Numbered from the stretch's first letter, positions 15,143 to 26,040 are shown. The stretch is 64,000 nucleotides of DNA from a bacterium (GCA_021814695.1 JAKAHY010000002.1:8920-72919); one strand, 5' to 3'. Notes: generated by a model not told the origin, from the sequence alone. Made by a program: numbers and translations.

Positions 15143-16384
15143 ATGTTTTTGAGATTTCCAAAAGATTTTTTTTGGGGAACAGCCACTTCCGCTCATCAGG
15201 TGGAGGGAAATAACCGCAACGACTGGACCGAATGGGAAAAAGATAATGCTTCTTGCCTTGCCGATGAGTCTCATAGAAAGTGGCAATCTTGGCAGCAAAA
15301 AAAATTTCCGGAAATGTTTAATCCGGACAATTATATTTCGGGAAAAGCCTGTGACCATTACAATCTTTTTGAGAAAGATTTCGATATTGCAAAAAAATTG
15401 GGCCATAATGCCCATAGATTTTCCATTGAGTGGTCTCGGATAGAGCCGGAAGAGGGGAGGTTTAACGAAAAAGAGATTGAGCATTACCGCAAGGTTATTA
15501 CTGCTCTAAAAAAAAGAGAAATGGAGCCGTTAGTAACTTTGTGGCAATTTACCCTGCCGATGTGGATCGCAAATAATGGCGGAGTCAGCCACAGAAAATT
15601 TACGTCGTATTTTGCTCGATATGCGTCAAAAATTGCCAGCGCCTTTCCGGAGGTTAAGTTATGGATTACTTTAAATGAACCAGACGTCTTTGCCGGCCGC
15701 GCCTATCTTAAAGGGTTTTGGCCGCCCGAAAAACATAACGCCTTCTCATATCTGAGGGCGCTTAACAATCTTGTACAAGCTCACAAAGCGGCGCATAAGG
15801 AAATAAAAAAGGTGAATTTGTCGGCGAGGGTTGGGATTGCTAAACACAACGTCTATTTCGAGATGGCAAAAGATACGGCACTGAACCGAATTTTAAAATT
15901 TGGGGCGGATTTATGGTGGAACCGGTACTTCCTGTGGCGGATAAAAAATTATCAGGATTTTATCGGGCTTAACTATTACAATCGTAACCTGATTAATAAC
16001 GGATATTACAAAAATAAAAATATAAAATTAACCGACTTCGGTTGGGAATATTGGCCCTCATCTTTGTACGGCGCTCTAATGGATTTAAAGATGTATAATC
16101 TTCCCGTGTATATAACCGAGAATGGAATTGCCGATTCCGACGACAACCAACGGTCCGAGTTTTTATCAATCACTCTTGAGTCAGCGGCAAAAGCCATTCG
16201 GGACGGAATTGACGTCCGCGGATATTTTTATTGGTCTTTATTGGATAATTTTGAATGGGACAAAGGTTTTTGGCCGAGGTTCGGGTTGGTTGAGGTTGAT
16301 TATAAAACTCAAAAGAGAACTATTCGCAAAAGCGCCGCGTACTATAGAGACATAATTTTAAAAAATGGAGTAGAATTGGGATAA
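15143..16384 (+). CDS. Glycoside hydrolase family 1 (beta-glucosidase-like)
   Basis: It has FPKDFFWGTATSAHQVEG, the TLNEP acid/base motif and the YITENG nucleophile motif. Confidence 0.88.
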   Translation: MFLRFPKDFFWGTATSAHQVEGNNRNDWTEWEKDNASCLADESHRKWQSWQQKKFPEMFNPDNYISGKACDHYNLFEKDFDIAKKLGHNAHRFSIEWSRIEPEEGRFNEKEIEHYRKVITALKKREMEPLVTLWQFTLPMWIANNGGVSHRKFTSYFARYASKIASAFPEVKLWITLNEPDVFAGRAYLKGFWPPEKHNAFSYLRALNNLVQAHKAAHKEIKKVNLSARVGIAKHNVYFEMAKDTALNRILKFGADLWWNRYFLWRIKNYQDFIGLNYYNRNLINNGYYKNKNIKLTDFGWEYWPSSLYGALMDLKMYNLPVYITENGIADSDDNQRSEFLSITLESAAKAIRDGIDVRGYFYWSLLDNFEWDKGFWPRFGLVEVDYKTQKRTIRKSAAYYRDIILKNGVELG

Positions 16385-16385
16385 T

Positions 16386-17696
16386 ATGATAATTCGTAAT
16401 TACAAATCTCTGGCAACAACGAAACTTCGCAGAGACGGGCTAAAAATTATCGAGAGCGCTTATGAGGCGATTGATATCGAAAAACTTATTAAAAGACGTT
16501 TTTTGCTCAATGGACGAACTCTCGAGGTAAGGGACTTGGCCCAAAAAAACAAAATATTATTGGATAAATATAAGCGGGTTTTTGTAATTGGTTTTGGAAA
16601 GGGGTCATACGCGGCGGTTTCCAAAATGTCGGATATTTTGGGAAAGAAACTTTACGGAGCGATATCGCTTGATATTAATTCTTCGTACAAACCAAAAAGA
16701 CCAAATAAAAAAGTTACAGCTTTTTGGGGGACTCATCCTACGCCATCTAAGGAAAATGTAGAGGCGACAACGACAATAACTTCAATTGCCAGAGATGCGA
16801 ATAAAGACGATTTGATAATTTATTTTATAGGAGGGGGAGGCTCATCTCTTTTGTGCGGTTCTTTGGGAGAGTTGGATTATTCAGGATGGCTTTTTAAAAA
16901 ACTAACCAAGAAGGGAGCGACGATAGAGGAAATCAATACGGTCAGAAAACACATCTCGGAGGTTAAGGGCGGTAATCTGGCCAAGCTTACATATCCGGCA
17001 GACTCCTTTTCACTCATAGTTTCCGATGTTTGCGGCAATTCTTTGGGAACGATCGCTTCGGGCCCCACAATCTATGATAAATCAAAAGTTGAAGATGCTC
17101 TGATGGTGTTGAAAAAATATAAAATACCTGTCGGAAATATCATTTTCACAAAAACTCCCAAAGAAAAGAAATATTTTTCTAAATGTAAGTATTTTCTTCT
17201 GGCTTGTAATCAAGACGCTGTTTTAGCGATGGTAAATACGGCGAGAAAAATCGGATACGATGCTTCCATAGGCTCTCTTCTTGTTAATGGTGAGGCAAGG
17301 AAAGCTATTTTCCCTTTCATTAAAAAAACTAAAGTTGGTCAGGCAACAATTCTTGCCGGTGAAACAACGGTAGTGATAAGAGGAAGGGGAAAGGGCGGCA
17401 GAAATCAGGAGTTGGTACTTTCGGTTATCGCGGCGGCAAGTGATAAAAAAATAGATATGACAGGAACGTTTCTGGCCAGCTTTAATTCGGATGGATTTGA
17501 TAATACTCCGGTTGCCGGAGCGATTGCCGACGATGTTTCGTTTAAAAATTGTAAAAAAAGGAAACTTAATCCTGCCAAATATTTGAATAATAACGACTCG
17601 TTTACTTTCTTCCAAAAAACCGGAGATTTCATCCGGACAGAGAGGAGAGCATTTAATGTTGCCGATTTGATGCTGATTTTGATATCAGATAAATAA
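16386..17696 (+). CDS. Glycerate 2-kinase / hydroxypyruvate-reductase-like protein (DUF4147 + MOFRL type)
   Basis: It has GFGKGSYAA, GGGGSSLL, VRKHISEVKGG and GETTV..RG.GKGGRNQE motifs. Confidence 0.7.
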   Translation: MIIRNYKSLATTKLRRDGLKIIESAYEAIDIEKLIKRRFLLNGRTLEVRDLAQKNKILLDKYKRVFVIGFGKGSYAAVSKMSDILGKKLYGAISLDINSSYKPKRPNKKVTAFWGTHPTPSKENVEATTTITSIARDANKDDLIIYFIGGGGSSLLCGSLGELDYSGWLFKKLTKKGATIEEINTVRKHISEVKGGNLAKLTYPADSFSLIVSDVCGNSLGTIASGPTIYDKSKVEDALMVLKKYKIPVGNIIFTKTPKEKKYFSKCKYFLLACNQDAVLAMVNTARKIGYDASIGSLLVNGEARKAIFPFIKKTKVGQATILAGETTVVIRGRGKGGRNQELVLSVIAAASDKKIDMTGTFLASFNSDGFDNTPVAGAIADDVSFKNCKKRKLNPAKYLNNNDSFTFFQKTGDFIRTERRAFNVADLMLILISDK

Positions 17697-17708
17697 AAAA
17701 ATCGCTTA

Positions 17709-17838
17709 GTTCCGTGGACAACTGTGTGGATGTGAGACCTTTGCCAACAGCAAAGGAGTTCAGAATCTTTCAGAGGTGCACCTCAGCCGGAACCGAGATA
17801 TCCTATGCGTAGAAAAATTCCAAGATTGTCCACGAAAC
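17709..17838. ncRNA. Candidate structured RNA in a 284-bp ORF-free spacer (family and strand unknown)
   Basis: GTTCCGTGGACAA (17709-17721) pairs with TTGTCCACGAAAC (17826-17838) at 12 of 13 positions. This stem encloses the hairpins CCTTTGC-caaca-GCAAAGG and GAGG-tgca-CCTC and a GGAT/ATCC helix. Confidence 0.3.
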
Positions 17839-17980
17839 CAAACGATCTTCTATAAGCTAAATATTATCATAAATAATGGAATTTGTCAAGCATGGGAACA
17901 TTCCATTATCTTTAAAATATTTACTTTTATAATGAGCTCTTTTTTGATACAGTTAGGAATAATAGTGGCATAAGTAAATC

Positions 17981-18979
17981 ATGTCAAGTGGAAAAACTGT
18001 GAACAATTCAACACTTCTGTCAAGAGATGAAACTGTAGATTCGGCATTGAGGCCGCTTAATTTTGGCGATTATATAGGACAGGATAGGGTGAAGGGAAAT
18101 CTTAGGATGATGATAGAAGCGGCCAAAAAAAGAACCGAGCCGATAGATCACCTGCTTTTTTACGGTCAGGCGGGGCTTGGCAAAACTACGCTGGCAATGA
18201 TTGTTGCCAAAGAAATGAATGCAAATATAAAAGTTACTTCTGGTCCCGTTCTGGAAAAAACCGGAGATTTGGCAGCGATTCTGTCGACTTTGGACGAAGG
18301 GGATATTCTTTTTATAGACGAAGCTCATAGAATAAACAGAACTATTGAAGAGATGCTTTATCCGGCGATGGAATCAAGAAAGCTTCACTTGGTTATTGGT
18401 AAGGGTCCGGCAGCTCGGATGATGACTCTGGATTTACCGCAATTTACTCTTATTGCGGCGACGACTCGGGTTAATCTTTTAACGTCTCCGCTTCGTTCCC
18501 GATTCGGGGGATTGTTTAAGCTTGATTACTATAATCCGGTAGATATCGAAAAAATTATCGAACGTTCGGCCAAGATATTGGGAGTTTCTATTAGCCCGGA
18601 GGCGATTACCATACTCGCGTCTGCGTCGCGATTTACGCCAAGAATAGCAAACCGTCTTTTAAAACGCGTTCGCGATCTGGTTGAGGTAAGCGATCGAAGA
18701 GTGGTCGACGAAAATGCGGCGCACAAAGTCCTTTCCATGTTTGAGATAGATGAGCTCGGACTCGAAGAGCATGACCGAAAGCTTCTTTACACTATTATAG
18801 AAAGATTTAATGGAGGCCCTGTCGGTCTGGGGTCAATCTCGGCGGCTTTAGGCGAAGACAGGGGGACTATAGAAGACGTCTACGAGCCCTATCTGCTTAA
18901 AATAGGACTTCTCTCCAGGACTTCTCAGGGAAGGATAGCTACAAAAGAGGCTTATAATCATTTAAAAAAAGACAGATAA
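17981..18979 (+). CDS. ruvB: Holliday junction branch-migration helicase RuvB
   Basis: It has LRP..F.DYIGQ, the Walker A motif GQAGLGKTTLA, DEAHR and RTPRIANRLLKRVRD. Confidence 0.95.
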   Translation: MSSGKTVNNSTLLSRDETVDSALRPLNFGDYIGQDRVKGNLRMMIEAAKKRTEPIDHLLFYGQAGLGKTTLAMIVAKEMNANIKVTSGPVLEKTGDLAAILSTLDEGDILFIDEAHRINRTIEEMLYPAMESRKLHLVIGKGPAARMMTLDLPQFTLIAATTRVNLLTSPLRSRFGGLFKLDYYNPVDIEKIIERSAKILGVSISPEAITILASASRFTPRIANRLLKRVRDLVEVSDRRVVDENAAHKVLSMFEIDELGLEEHDRKLLYTIIERFNGGPVGLGSISAALGEDRGTIEDVYEPYLLKIGLLSRTSQGRIATKEAYNHLKKDR

Positions 18980-19041
18980 TTCCCCGTTCGAGGCCTCTTG
19001 TGATACAATATAAGCGTTATTAATAACGTTTTTTATTTATT

Positions 19042-21477
19042 ATGGCAAAACCTTTTATTCGTGAGATGGCTTCATTAACAATTAAAGATGTTCCTGAAGC
19101 AGGAGGGAAAAATGCATCACTTGGAGAAATGCTTAAGGTCTTGAGGCCCAAAGGAGTTAACATTCCCGATGGCTTTGTGGTTACAGCCACGGCTTATAGG
19201 CATTTTATAAACGAAGGGATGGTTGTAACCAACGGAGAAAAAGTTAACTTAAAGAAATTTATCAAGGATACCCTTAAAGGACTGGACACTAAAAATGTCA
19301 GGGATTTGTATGCTCGTGGAAAATCAATCAGACAAGCAATTGTTTCGGCGGAACTACCTAAAGATCTACAGCGCCAGATTGTAAATTTTTACAGAAAAAT
19401 GGAAAAACAGTATTTTCCCAACGTCGACGTTGCTGTTCGTTCTTCGGCCACGGCCGAAGATCTTCCAGGGGCATCCTTTGCCGGACAGCAGGAAACTTAT
19501 TTGAACGTAGTCGGAGATGAGAAGTTGCTTGAGGCTGTTAAAAAATGCATCGCTTCTCTTTTTACCGACAGAGCCATATCTTACAGGCAGGATAAGGGAT
19601 TTGATCATCTTAAAATTGCGCTCTCGGTCGGGGTTCAAAAAATGGTTCGTTCGGACAAGGCGGCGTCGGGAGTTATGTTTACTGTCGACACCGAATCGGG
19701 GTTTAAAGACATAGTTATTGTCACGGCTACCTTTGGTTTGGGCGAGTTGATTGTTCAGGGAGAAATAGTCCCGGACGAATATCTGGTACACAAATCTTTT
19801 TTGGGCAAAAAAGACATCGTCCCGATAATCAGCAAAAAACACGGCTCAAAGGACAGAAAAATGATTTATTCGTTTGGCGGAAATAAATCCACAAAAATTA
19901 TCGATACGACTCCTAAAGAGAGAGACTCGTACGTCTTGACCGACGAAGAAATCCTAACTCTTTCAAAGTGGGCAACTCTTGTGGAAGAACATTACACGCG
20001 CGTCAGGAAAACGTGGACGCCCATGGACCTTGAGTGGGCCAAAGACGGCAAAAGCGGGAAACTTTATATAGTTCAGGCAAGGCCCGAGACGGTTCAGGCC
20101 GGGAGAGACTTTTCTAAAATTAAGGAATTTGAACTGTTGGGAAAAGGAAGTTTGCTTTGTAAGGGAACTTCCGTGGGAAGCCAAATTGCATCAGGCAAGG
20201 CCCAGATTATTCTTGATGTAAAACATATTGAATCGTTCAAAGCGGGGGAGGTATTGGTAACGGACATGACCGATCCGGACTGGGAGCCAATAATGAAGAT
20301 TGCGTCGGCAATAATTACGGATAAAGGCGGGCGTACTTCGCATGCGGCAATAGTTTCCCGGGAACTAGGAATTCCCTGTATTGTCGGGACGGAAAATGCC
20401 ACTAAAAAAATAAAAACTGGGCAAGCCGTAACGGTGGATACTACCGGAGGCGAGGGGTATGTGTATGATGGATTGATTAAATTTAAAGTTATCGAGCATG
20501 ACGTAAAACACATCCCTAAACTTAAAACGAAGATAATGATGAACATAGCTACTCCTGATACTGCTTTTGAAAAATCATTTTTACCCAATAGCGGGGTAGG
20601 ATTGGCTCGTGAAGAATTTATTATAGCTTCCGATATCGGAATTCATCCGATGGCCCTGCTCGAATTTCCGGAATTGGAAAAAAGAGCCAAGCGGGATCCA
20701 AAAATAAAGAAAATAGTGACGGAAATAGAAAAGCGGACTCGGGGATGGAAAGATAAAAAGAAATATTATGTTGAGAATTTGGCTTATGGGATTGCAAAAA
20801 TCGCCACAGCTTTTTACCCCAAGGATATTATTGTCAGATTCTCGGATTTTAAGACCAATGAGTATAGGCAACTTGTGGGCGGAGAATTATATGAACCACA
20901 CGAAGAAAATCCGATGATAGGATGGCGCGGAGCTTCCCGATATTATAATCCTTCGTTTGCCCCGGCATTTGCTCTTGAAGTAAAAGCCATAAATAAAGTC
21001 AGGGAGGAAATGGGACTCTCTAATGTCCAGGTGATGATTCCTGTATGCCGAACTGTGGATGAGGGTAAAAAAGTTGTTGCGTTGATGGCAAAATACGGCC
21101 TCAAAAAACACGATGGATTTAAAATCTACGTAATGTGTGAAATTCCATCAAATGTTATCTTGGCGGATGATTTTCTGGATATTTTTGATGGTATGAGCAT
21201 TGGCTCCAACGATCTCACCCAAATGACTTTGGGTCTGGACAGAGACGGAAATGAGCGCATCAGAGGTATTGGGAATGAAAAGAACGAAGCGGTAAAGACT
21301 CTGATTTCTCAGGTAATAAAGCGCTGCAATGCCAGAAAAAAATATATAGGCATCTGCGGACAAGCCCCCAGCGATTATCCTGATTTCGCCAAGTTCCTGG
21401 TGGATGAAGGAATTCAAAGCATGTCACTTAATCCCGACTCAATCGTAAAAACAATTTTGTATTTGGCCAAAAAATAA
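19042..21477 (+). CDS. ppsA: Phosphoenolpyruvate synthase (pyruvate, water dikinase)
   Basis: The protein is 811 aa. It has GGKNASLGEM, the phospho-His region GGRTSHAAIVSRELGIPCIVG, and a C-terminal PEP-utilising TIM domain (GSNDLTQ). The promoter TTGTGATACAAT is at 18999-19010. Confidence 0.92.
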   Translation: MAKPFIREMASLTIKDVPEAGGKNASLGEMLKVLRPKGVNIPDGFVVTATAYRHFINEGMVVTNGEKVNLKKFIKDTLKGLDTKNVRDLYARGKSIRQAIVSAELPKDLQRQIVNFYRKMEKQYFPNVDVAVRSSATAEDLPGASFAGQQETYLNVVGDEKLLEAVKKCIASLFTDRAISYRQDKGFDHLKIALSVGVQKMVRSDKAASGVMFTVDTESGFKDIVIVTATFGLGELIVQGEIVPDEYLVHKSFLGKKDIVPIISKKHGSKDRKMIYSFGGNKSTKIIDTTPKERDSYVLTDEEILTLSKWATLVEEHYTRVRKTWTPMDLEWAKDGKSGKLYIVQARPETVQAGRDFSKIKEFELLGKGSLLCKGTSVGSQIASGKAQIILDVKHIESFKAGEVLVTDMTDPDWEPIMKIASAIITDKGGRTSHAAIVSRELGIPCIVGTENATKKIKTGQAVTVDTTGGEGYVYDGLIKFKVIEHDVKHIPKLKTKIMMNIATPDTAFEKSFLPNSGVGLAREEFIIASDIGIHPMALLEFPELEKRAKRDPKIKKIVTEIEKRTRGWKDKKKYYVENLAYGIAKIATAFYPKDIIVRFSDFKTNEYRQLVGGELYEPHEENPMIGWRGASRYYNPSFAPAFALEVKAINKVREEMGLSNVQVMIPVCRTVDEGKKVVALMAKYGLKKHDGFKIYVMCEIPSNVILADDFLDIFDGMSIGSNDLTQMTLGLDRDGNERIRGIGNEKNEAVKTLISQVIKRCNARKKYIGICGQAPSDYPDFAKFLVDEGIQSMSLNPDSIVKTILYLAKK

Positions 21478-22746
21478 ATGATTCTTTCGGAAACAAAAAT
21501 CGTAGCCATTAAAGATTCAAGAGGCAGTCAAACGCTTGAAGCGCACATCACAGCCCATGAAGGCGATAGTAAGGAAATTTCCGTTGTGGCAAGCGTTCCT
21601 GCCGGGAAAAGTACCGGAATTCACGAAGTAAAGTCGTTGAGTCCGGCTCTTGCATTTGAACAGTTTGAAAAAATAAAACGCAATATCATCGGAGTTAACT
21701 TTCATGACCAGCAGGAATTTGATGCTTTGTTGATCGCATTAGACGGAAGTTTGGATAAGCATGTTTTGGGAGGTAATTTAATCCTTGTTTTGTCGGAAGG
21801 ATTTGCGCGGGCTTTTGCTGCAACCCGAGATCTAGGGCTTAACCAATACCTTCATCAGCTGCTTGGGTCAAAACATAAAATTCCGGACCGGTTTCCCAGA
21901 CCTTTATTTAATATAATAAACGGAGGGGCTCATGTGACGATTCCCTCGGACTGGGATAAAAAATTCGGAGTTTCAAAATCTCTGGATATCCAGGAATTTC
22001 AGGTGGTTCCAGCGACAGATGATTTTGCTTTAGGATTAAGTGTGGGAAAAGAATTTTATTCAAAACTTGGATATGAGCTTGGAAAAATATATGGAGCAGA
22101 AAATGTAATCTTAGGGGATGAGGCGGGATATGTCTGTCCGTTTAAAACAAATGAAGAAGCGCTCGAAATTATCCAAGAGCTGATTAATCGGTATTTATAT
22201 CCACTCAAAATAGGGCTGGATGCGGCAGCATCCCAATTTCATAATGATGCCGACGATTCTTATATGATAGAAGGAGCCGAAAGGACCCCAGAAGAGTTGA
22301 CGATGCTTTATTACGACCTTGCTCATGCTTACGAATTGATATCGCTTGAGGATCCTTTTAACGAAGAGGCATTTGATGATTTTGCCGGTCTTCAAGAAAA
22401 AATTCCCAAGACTATTCTTATTACCGACGATCTTACGACAACCAATCCCGAAAGATTATCCAAGGCGATTTCTAAAAAATCGGCCAATGCCATACTTATT
22501 AAACCCAATCAAATCGGAACAATAACAGAAACGATTGATGTTATTTCTATGGCTTATGAAAACGGATGGAAGACAATAGTCAGTCACCGGAGCGGTGAAA
22601 CCAAAGATGATTTTATCGCCGACTTAGCTGTTGGTGTCGGAGCTTGGGGATTAAAATCCGGAGCGCCGGCGACAGAATACAGAATGGCAAAATATTCCAG
22701 GGCTCTCGATCTATGGCAAAAAATTAACCCTTCCGGCCCCTTTTAA
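21478..22746 (+). CDS. eno: Enolase (divergent)
   Basis: It has I.AIKDSRGSQTLEA, SVPAGKSTGIHE, IKPNQIGTITET and SHRSGETKD. Its ATG follows the ppsA TAA directly. Confidence 0.85.
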   Translation: MILSETKIVAIKDSRGSQTLEAHITAHEGDSKEISVVASVPAGKSTGIHEVKSLSPALAFEQFEKIKRNIIGVNFHDQQEFDALLIALDGSLDKHVLGGNLILVLSEGFARAFAATRDLGLNQYLHQLLGSKHKIPDRFPRPLFNIINGGAHVTIPSDWDKKFGVSKSLDIQEFQVVPATDDFALGLSVGKEFYSKLGYELGKIYGAENVILGDEAGYVCPFKTNEEALEIIQELINRYLYPLKIGLDAAASQFHNDADDSYMIEGAERTPEELTMLYYDLAHAYELISLEDPFNEEAFDDFAGLQEKIPKTILITDDLTTTNPERLSKAISKKSANAILIKPNQIGTITETIDVISMAYENGWKTIVSHRSGETKDDFIADLAVGVGAWGLKSGAPATEYRMAKYSRALDLWQKINPSGPF

Positions 22747-22788
22747 ATATTTTCAGGTATGAGGCGACGGATTTCTGCCCTAGCTTTT

Positions 22789-24330
22789 TTATTGCAAAAG
22801 CTGTTTTATCAGGCTCTCTCCGGTCATGTCTTGAGGTTTAGGAAGTTCCATTAGTTCAAGAATTGTCGGTCCTATATCGGCCAACATTCCGGACATAAAA
22901 CGCTCCCTTTCTTTTACATCAAATGGATTTTGGGGTTTTTTGTATTTGCTTCCCACTAAGTAAATCGGCACCGGACTCGTGTCATGTTTAGTCTCCGGCT
23001 CTCCGGTAAGAGGATTAAAAAGCCGTTCTATGTTGCCATGGTCGGACGTTATAATAGCCGTTGAATTGTGCTGAAGTATCGTTTGGACGATTTTTCCTAT
23101 TTGCTCATCAATTACTTCGATAGCTTTCATAGAGGCGTCAAAATTTCCGGTATGTGCAACCATATCGGCATTGGCATAGTTAACCAATATAAAATCGAAA
23201 GTTTCTTCTTCAATTGCCTGTAGCAGGCGAGTTGTTATTTCGGGAGCCATCATTACCGGATCCTGGTCCTGCTGAGGGACGATTCTCGATGGAATCAAAA
23301 TTCTATATTCATTTTGAAACGCCTTATCGTTAAGACCATTGAAAAAGAAAGTAACATGAGCATATTTTTGAGTTTCGGCCATTCTGAGCTGGCTTTTCTG
23401 GTTGTCAGCGATAACTTTTCCTACGGGATTATTCACTCGTTGGGGTGGAAAAGCTACGGGGATGGTAAAATCTTCCCTGAGCTGAGTCATGGAAGCGACC
23501 AAAAGATTATCGAACTTTTTTATAGGAAATTGGGTAAATGACGGATTAATAAACCCTTCGGCCAGTTGTCTGGTTCGGTCTTCCCTAAAATTAAAAAAGA
23601 AAATCGAATCTCCGTCTTTGATGGCATTGTCGGCCGAACCAATAAGCGCCGGTAATATAAACTCATCATCCAATTTTTTATCGTAGGCTTGTTGAAGATG
23701 GTTTTTTATCTCCGTAATAGGCATTATTGTTCCGTTACCGACAAGCATTTCATAAGCCCGCTGGGTCAGGTCCCACCTGCTGTCTCTGTCCATTGCATAA
23801 AATCTTCCCGCAATACTTCCGATTTTATCTTGGGGAAGTTTTTCTATAAGTGAAAAGGCCGATTGGGGAGCGCTGTCACGACCGTCGGTTATGACATGAA
23901 TTCTGTAGTCAATTTTGCGCCTATTTGCCAGATCTATTAAAGCTTGGAGGTGTTCCATTGAAGAATGAACATTGGCTTCTCCAACGAGGCCTATTAAATT
24001 TATTTTGGAGTTGTTTTTTTGGGCATGGTCAAAAGCGCCGTTAATCGTCGGATTAGAAAAAAAAGAACCGTCCCGAATCGCCAAGCTTATGCGGGGATAG
24101 TGTTGGTAAATTATTTTCCCCGCCCCCATTGTCAAATGGCCCACTTCGCTGTTACCCTCCTCTCCCCAAGGGAGGCCTACGGCAATGCCGGATGCCTGCA
24201 AGGCTCCGGAAGGAAAGTTGTTTTTTACATATTCTATATTTTTAGGCTTGGCAACATGAATCGGGTTCGAGTCGCCCTCCACTCCAATTCCCCAGCCATC
24301 AAGAACTATAAGAACTACGGTATTTCGCAT
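22789..24330 (-). CDS. gpmI: 2,3-bisphosphoglycerate-independent phosphoglycerate mutase
   Basis: It has LIVLDGWG, SEVGHLTMGAG, DGRD and ITSDHGN motifs. The protein is 513 aa. Confidence 0.93.
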   Translation of the reverse strand: MRNTVVLIVLDGWGIGVEGDSNPIHVAKPKNIEYVKNNFPSGALQASGIAVGLPWGEEGNSEVGHLTMGAGKIIYQHYPRISLAIRDGSFFSNPTINGAFDHAQKNNSKINLIGLVGEANVHSSMEHLQALIDLANRRKIDYRIHVITDGRDSAPQSAFSLIEKLPQDKIGSIAGRFYAMDRDSRWDLTQRAYEMLVGNGTIMPITEIKNHLQQAYDKKLDDEFILPALIGSADNAIKDGDSIFFFNFREDRTRQLAEGFINPSFTQFPIKKFDNLLVASMTQLREDFTIPVAFPPQRVNNPVGKVIADNQKSQLRMAETQKYAHVTFFFNGLNDKAFQNEYRILIPSRIVPQQDQDPVMMAPEITTRLLQAIEEETFDFILVNYANADMVAHTGNFDASMKAIEVIDEQIGKIVQTILQHNSTAIITSDHGNIERLFNPLTGEPETKHDTSPVPIYLVGSKYKKPQNPFDVKERERFMSGMLADIGPTILELMELPKPQDMTGESLIKQLLQ

Positions 24331-24513
24331 TCATTAAGTATAACAAATAAAGACTATTTTTCATTATATTGACGTCGCTATTCCACAATAGTATTATAGA
24401 TTTGTGAAACTAAATTAACTTTTGACTTGAGATGAATTCTCGGATTTTATTTGGTCAGCCAATTTCAAAACTGAATAAAGCAGAAGGGAAGAGTCTGCAA
24501 GCCAGCAAAACGT

Positions 24514-26040
24514 ATGAACACGATAGATTTTATGTATCTTGGAATAGCCCTACTTGCGGGAGCGGTAGTCGGCTACATTGTTAGGCAAAACGTCGTTTCA
24601 AAACAAGCGGCGTCGGTCGAAGAAAAAATAAAGCATCAACTTGAGGAAAGTAGGGCCAAATCGAAAGAGGTCATCTTGGAGGCACAGCAAAAATCAGCTC
24701 AAATTCTTGAAGATATAAAACGCGACGAGCGTGACAGGAAGTTGCAGCTGGATAAAGTAGAAGAGAGACTTTTAAAAAAAGAAGAACTCTTGGAACGCGA
24801 AGGGCTTGAGTTGAAGGACAAGGAAAAATCCATACAGACGGATGTCCAAAAATTAATCGACGCCAAAGCTCATATTGAAGAGCTTAAGTCGAATGTTATC
24901 AAGGAGTTGGAAAAAGTATCCGGTCTCAGCGCTGAAGAGGCTAAAAAAATCATTTTAAAGGACGTTGAACAAAAATATCAGCAGGATTTGGCCGAATACG
25001 TCAAAAAAATGATGGGCGAAAGACGGGAAGAAATCGAAAAACAGGCAATCGGAATTTTATCCACGGCAATCCAGCGCTACAGCCGCTCATCGGCAGCTGA
25101 ATTGACAACTACCACCGTTCAGTTACCCGACGAAGAATTTAAGGGTAAAATTATCGGAAAAGAGGGCAGAAACATCCGGACGTTCGAAAAAGTTACGGGC
25201 GTTGAGCTCGTTATCGACGAAACTCCAGATAGTATAGTTATTTCTTCGTTTGATCCGGTCAGAAGAGAAGTGGCCAGGATGGCATTGGAGAAACTTATAA
25301 AAGACGGAAGAATCCAGCCGGCAAAAATCGAGGAAAAAGTGGAAGAGGCTACTCAGGAAATAAACAAAAAAATCGGAGAAGCCGGAGAAGCGGCAGCTTA
25401 TGAAGTCGGAGTTTATGACTTACCCAAAGAAATAATCCAACTTCTCGGTCGGCTTAATTTCAGAACCAGCTATGGTCAAAATGTTCTCAGGCATTCAACG
25501 GAAGTTGCTCATTTTGCCGGAATGATTGCCGAAGAGCTTGGTCTTAATGCCGATATCGCCAAAAAAGGAGCGCTTCTGCATGATATCGGAAAATCGATTG
25601 ACCACGAGGTTGCCGGAAGCCACGTAGACATAGGAAGAAAAATCTTAAAAAAATATGGAGTCAGTGATGTCGTTATCCAGTCAATGGAGGCTCATCATGA
25701 GGAATATCCTTTTGCAATACCCGAAGCGTATGTAGTAGCTGCAGCTGATGCATTATCTGCGGCCAGGCCGGGAGCCAGAAGGGATACTCTTGAAAACTAC
25801 ATCAAACGCCTGGGAGATTTGGAAAATATCGCTTCCGGATTTGAAGGAGTTAAGAATGCATATGCCATTTCTGCGGGAAGAGAGCTTAGGATATTCGTCA
25901 CTCCGGAAAAAATAGACGATTTCGGATCACTCCAATTGGCCCGTGAAATCGCAAAGAAAATAGAGTCGGAATTGAAATATCCCGGAGAAATCAAGGTTGT
26001 AGTTATGAGGGAGACCAGGGCGGTAGAATACGCCAAATAA
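24514..26040 (+). CDS. rny: Ribonuclease Y
   Basis: It has an N-terminal TM helix, a coiled coil, a KH domain (GKIIGKEGRNIR) and an HD domain (LLHDIGK). Confidence 0.93.
   Translation: MNTIDFMYLGIALLAGAVVGYIVRQNVVSKQAASVEEKIKHQLEESRAKSKEVILEAQQKSAQILEDIKRDERDRKLQLDKVEERLLKKEELLEREGLELKDKEKSIQTDVQKLIDAKAHIEELKSNVIKELEKVSGLSAEEAKKIILKDVEQKYQQDLAEYVKKMMGERREEIEKQAIGILSTAIQRYSRSSAAELTTTTVQLPDEEFKGKIIGKEGRNIRTFEKVTGVELVIDETPDSIVISSFDPVRREVARMALEKLIKDGRIQPAKIEEKVEEATQEINKKIGEAGEAAAYEVGVYDLPKEIIQLLGRLNFRTSYGQNVLRHSTEVAHFAGMIAEELGLNADIAKKGALLHDIGKSIDHEVAGSHVDIGRKILKKYGVSDVVIQSMEAHHEEYPFAIPEAYVVAAADALSAARPGARRDTLENYIKRLGDLENIASGFEGVKNAYAISAGRELRIFVTPEKIDDFGSLQLAREIAKKIESELKYPGEIKVVVMRETRAVEYAK

Noticed and set aside
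17709-17838. TPP riboswitch (GTGAGA...GCGTAGAAAA resembles CTGAGA...GCGTAGGGAA) or small SRP RNA
   Set aside because: The order of elements is wrong for TPP, because the GAGA box precedes the hairpin rather than following it. There is no GGAA/GNRA-capped helix-8 motif for SRP. The downstream gene (ruvB) is also not a plausible target.
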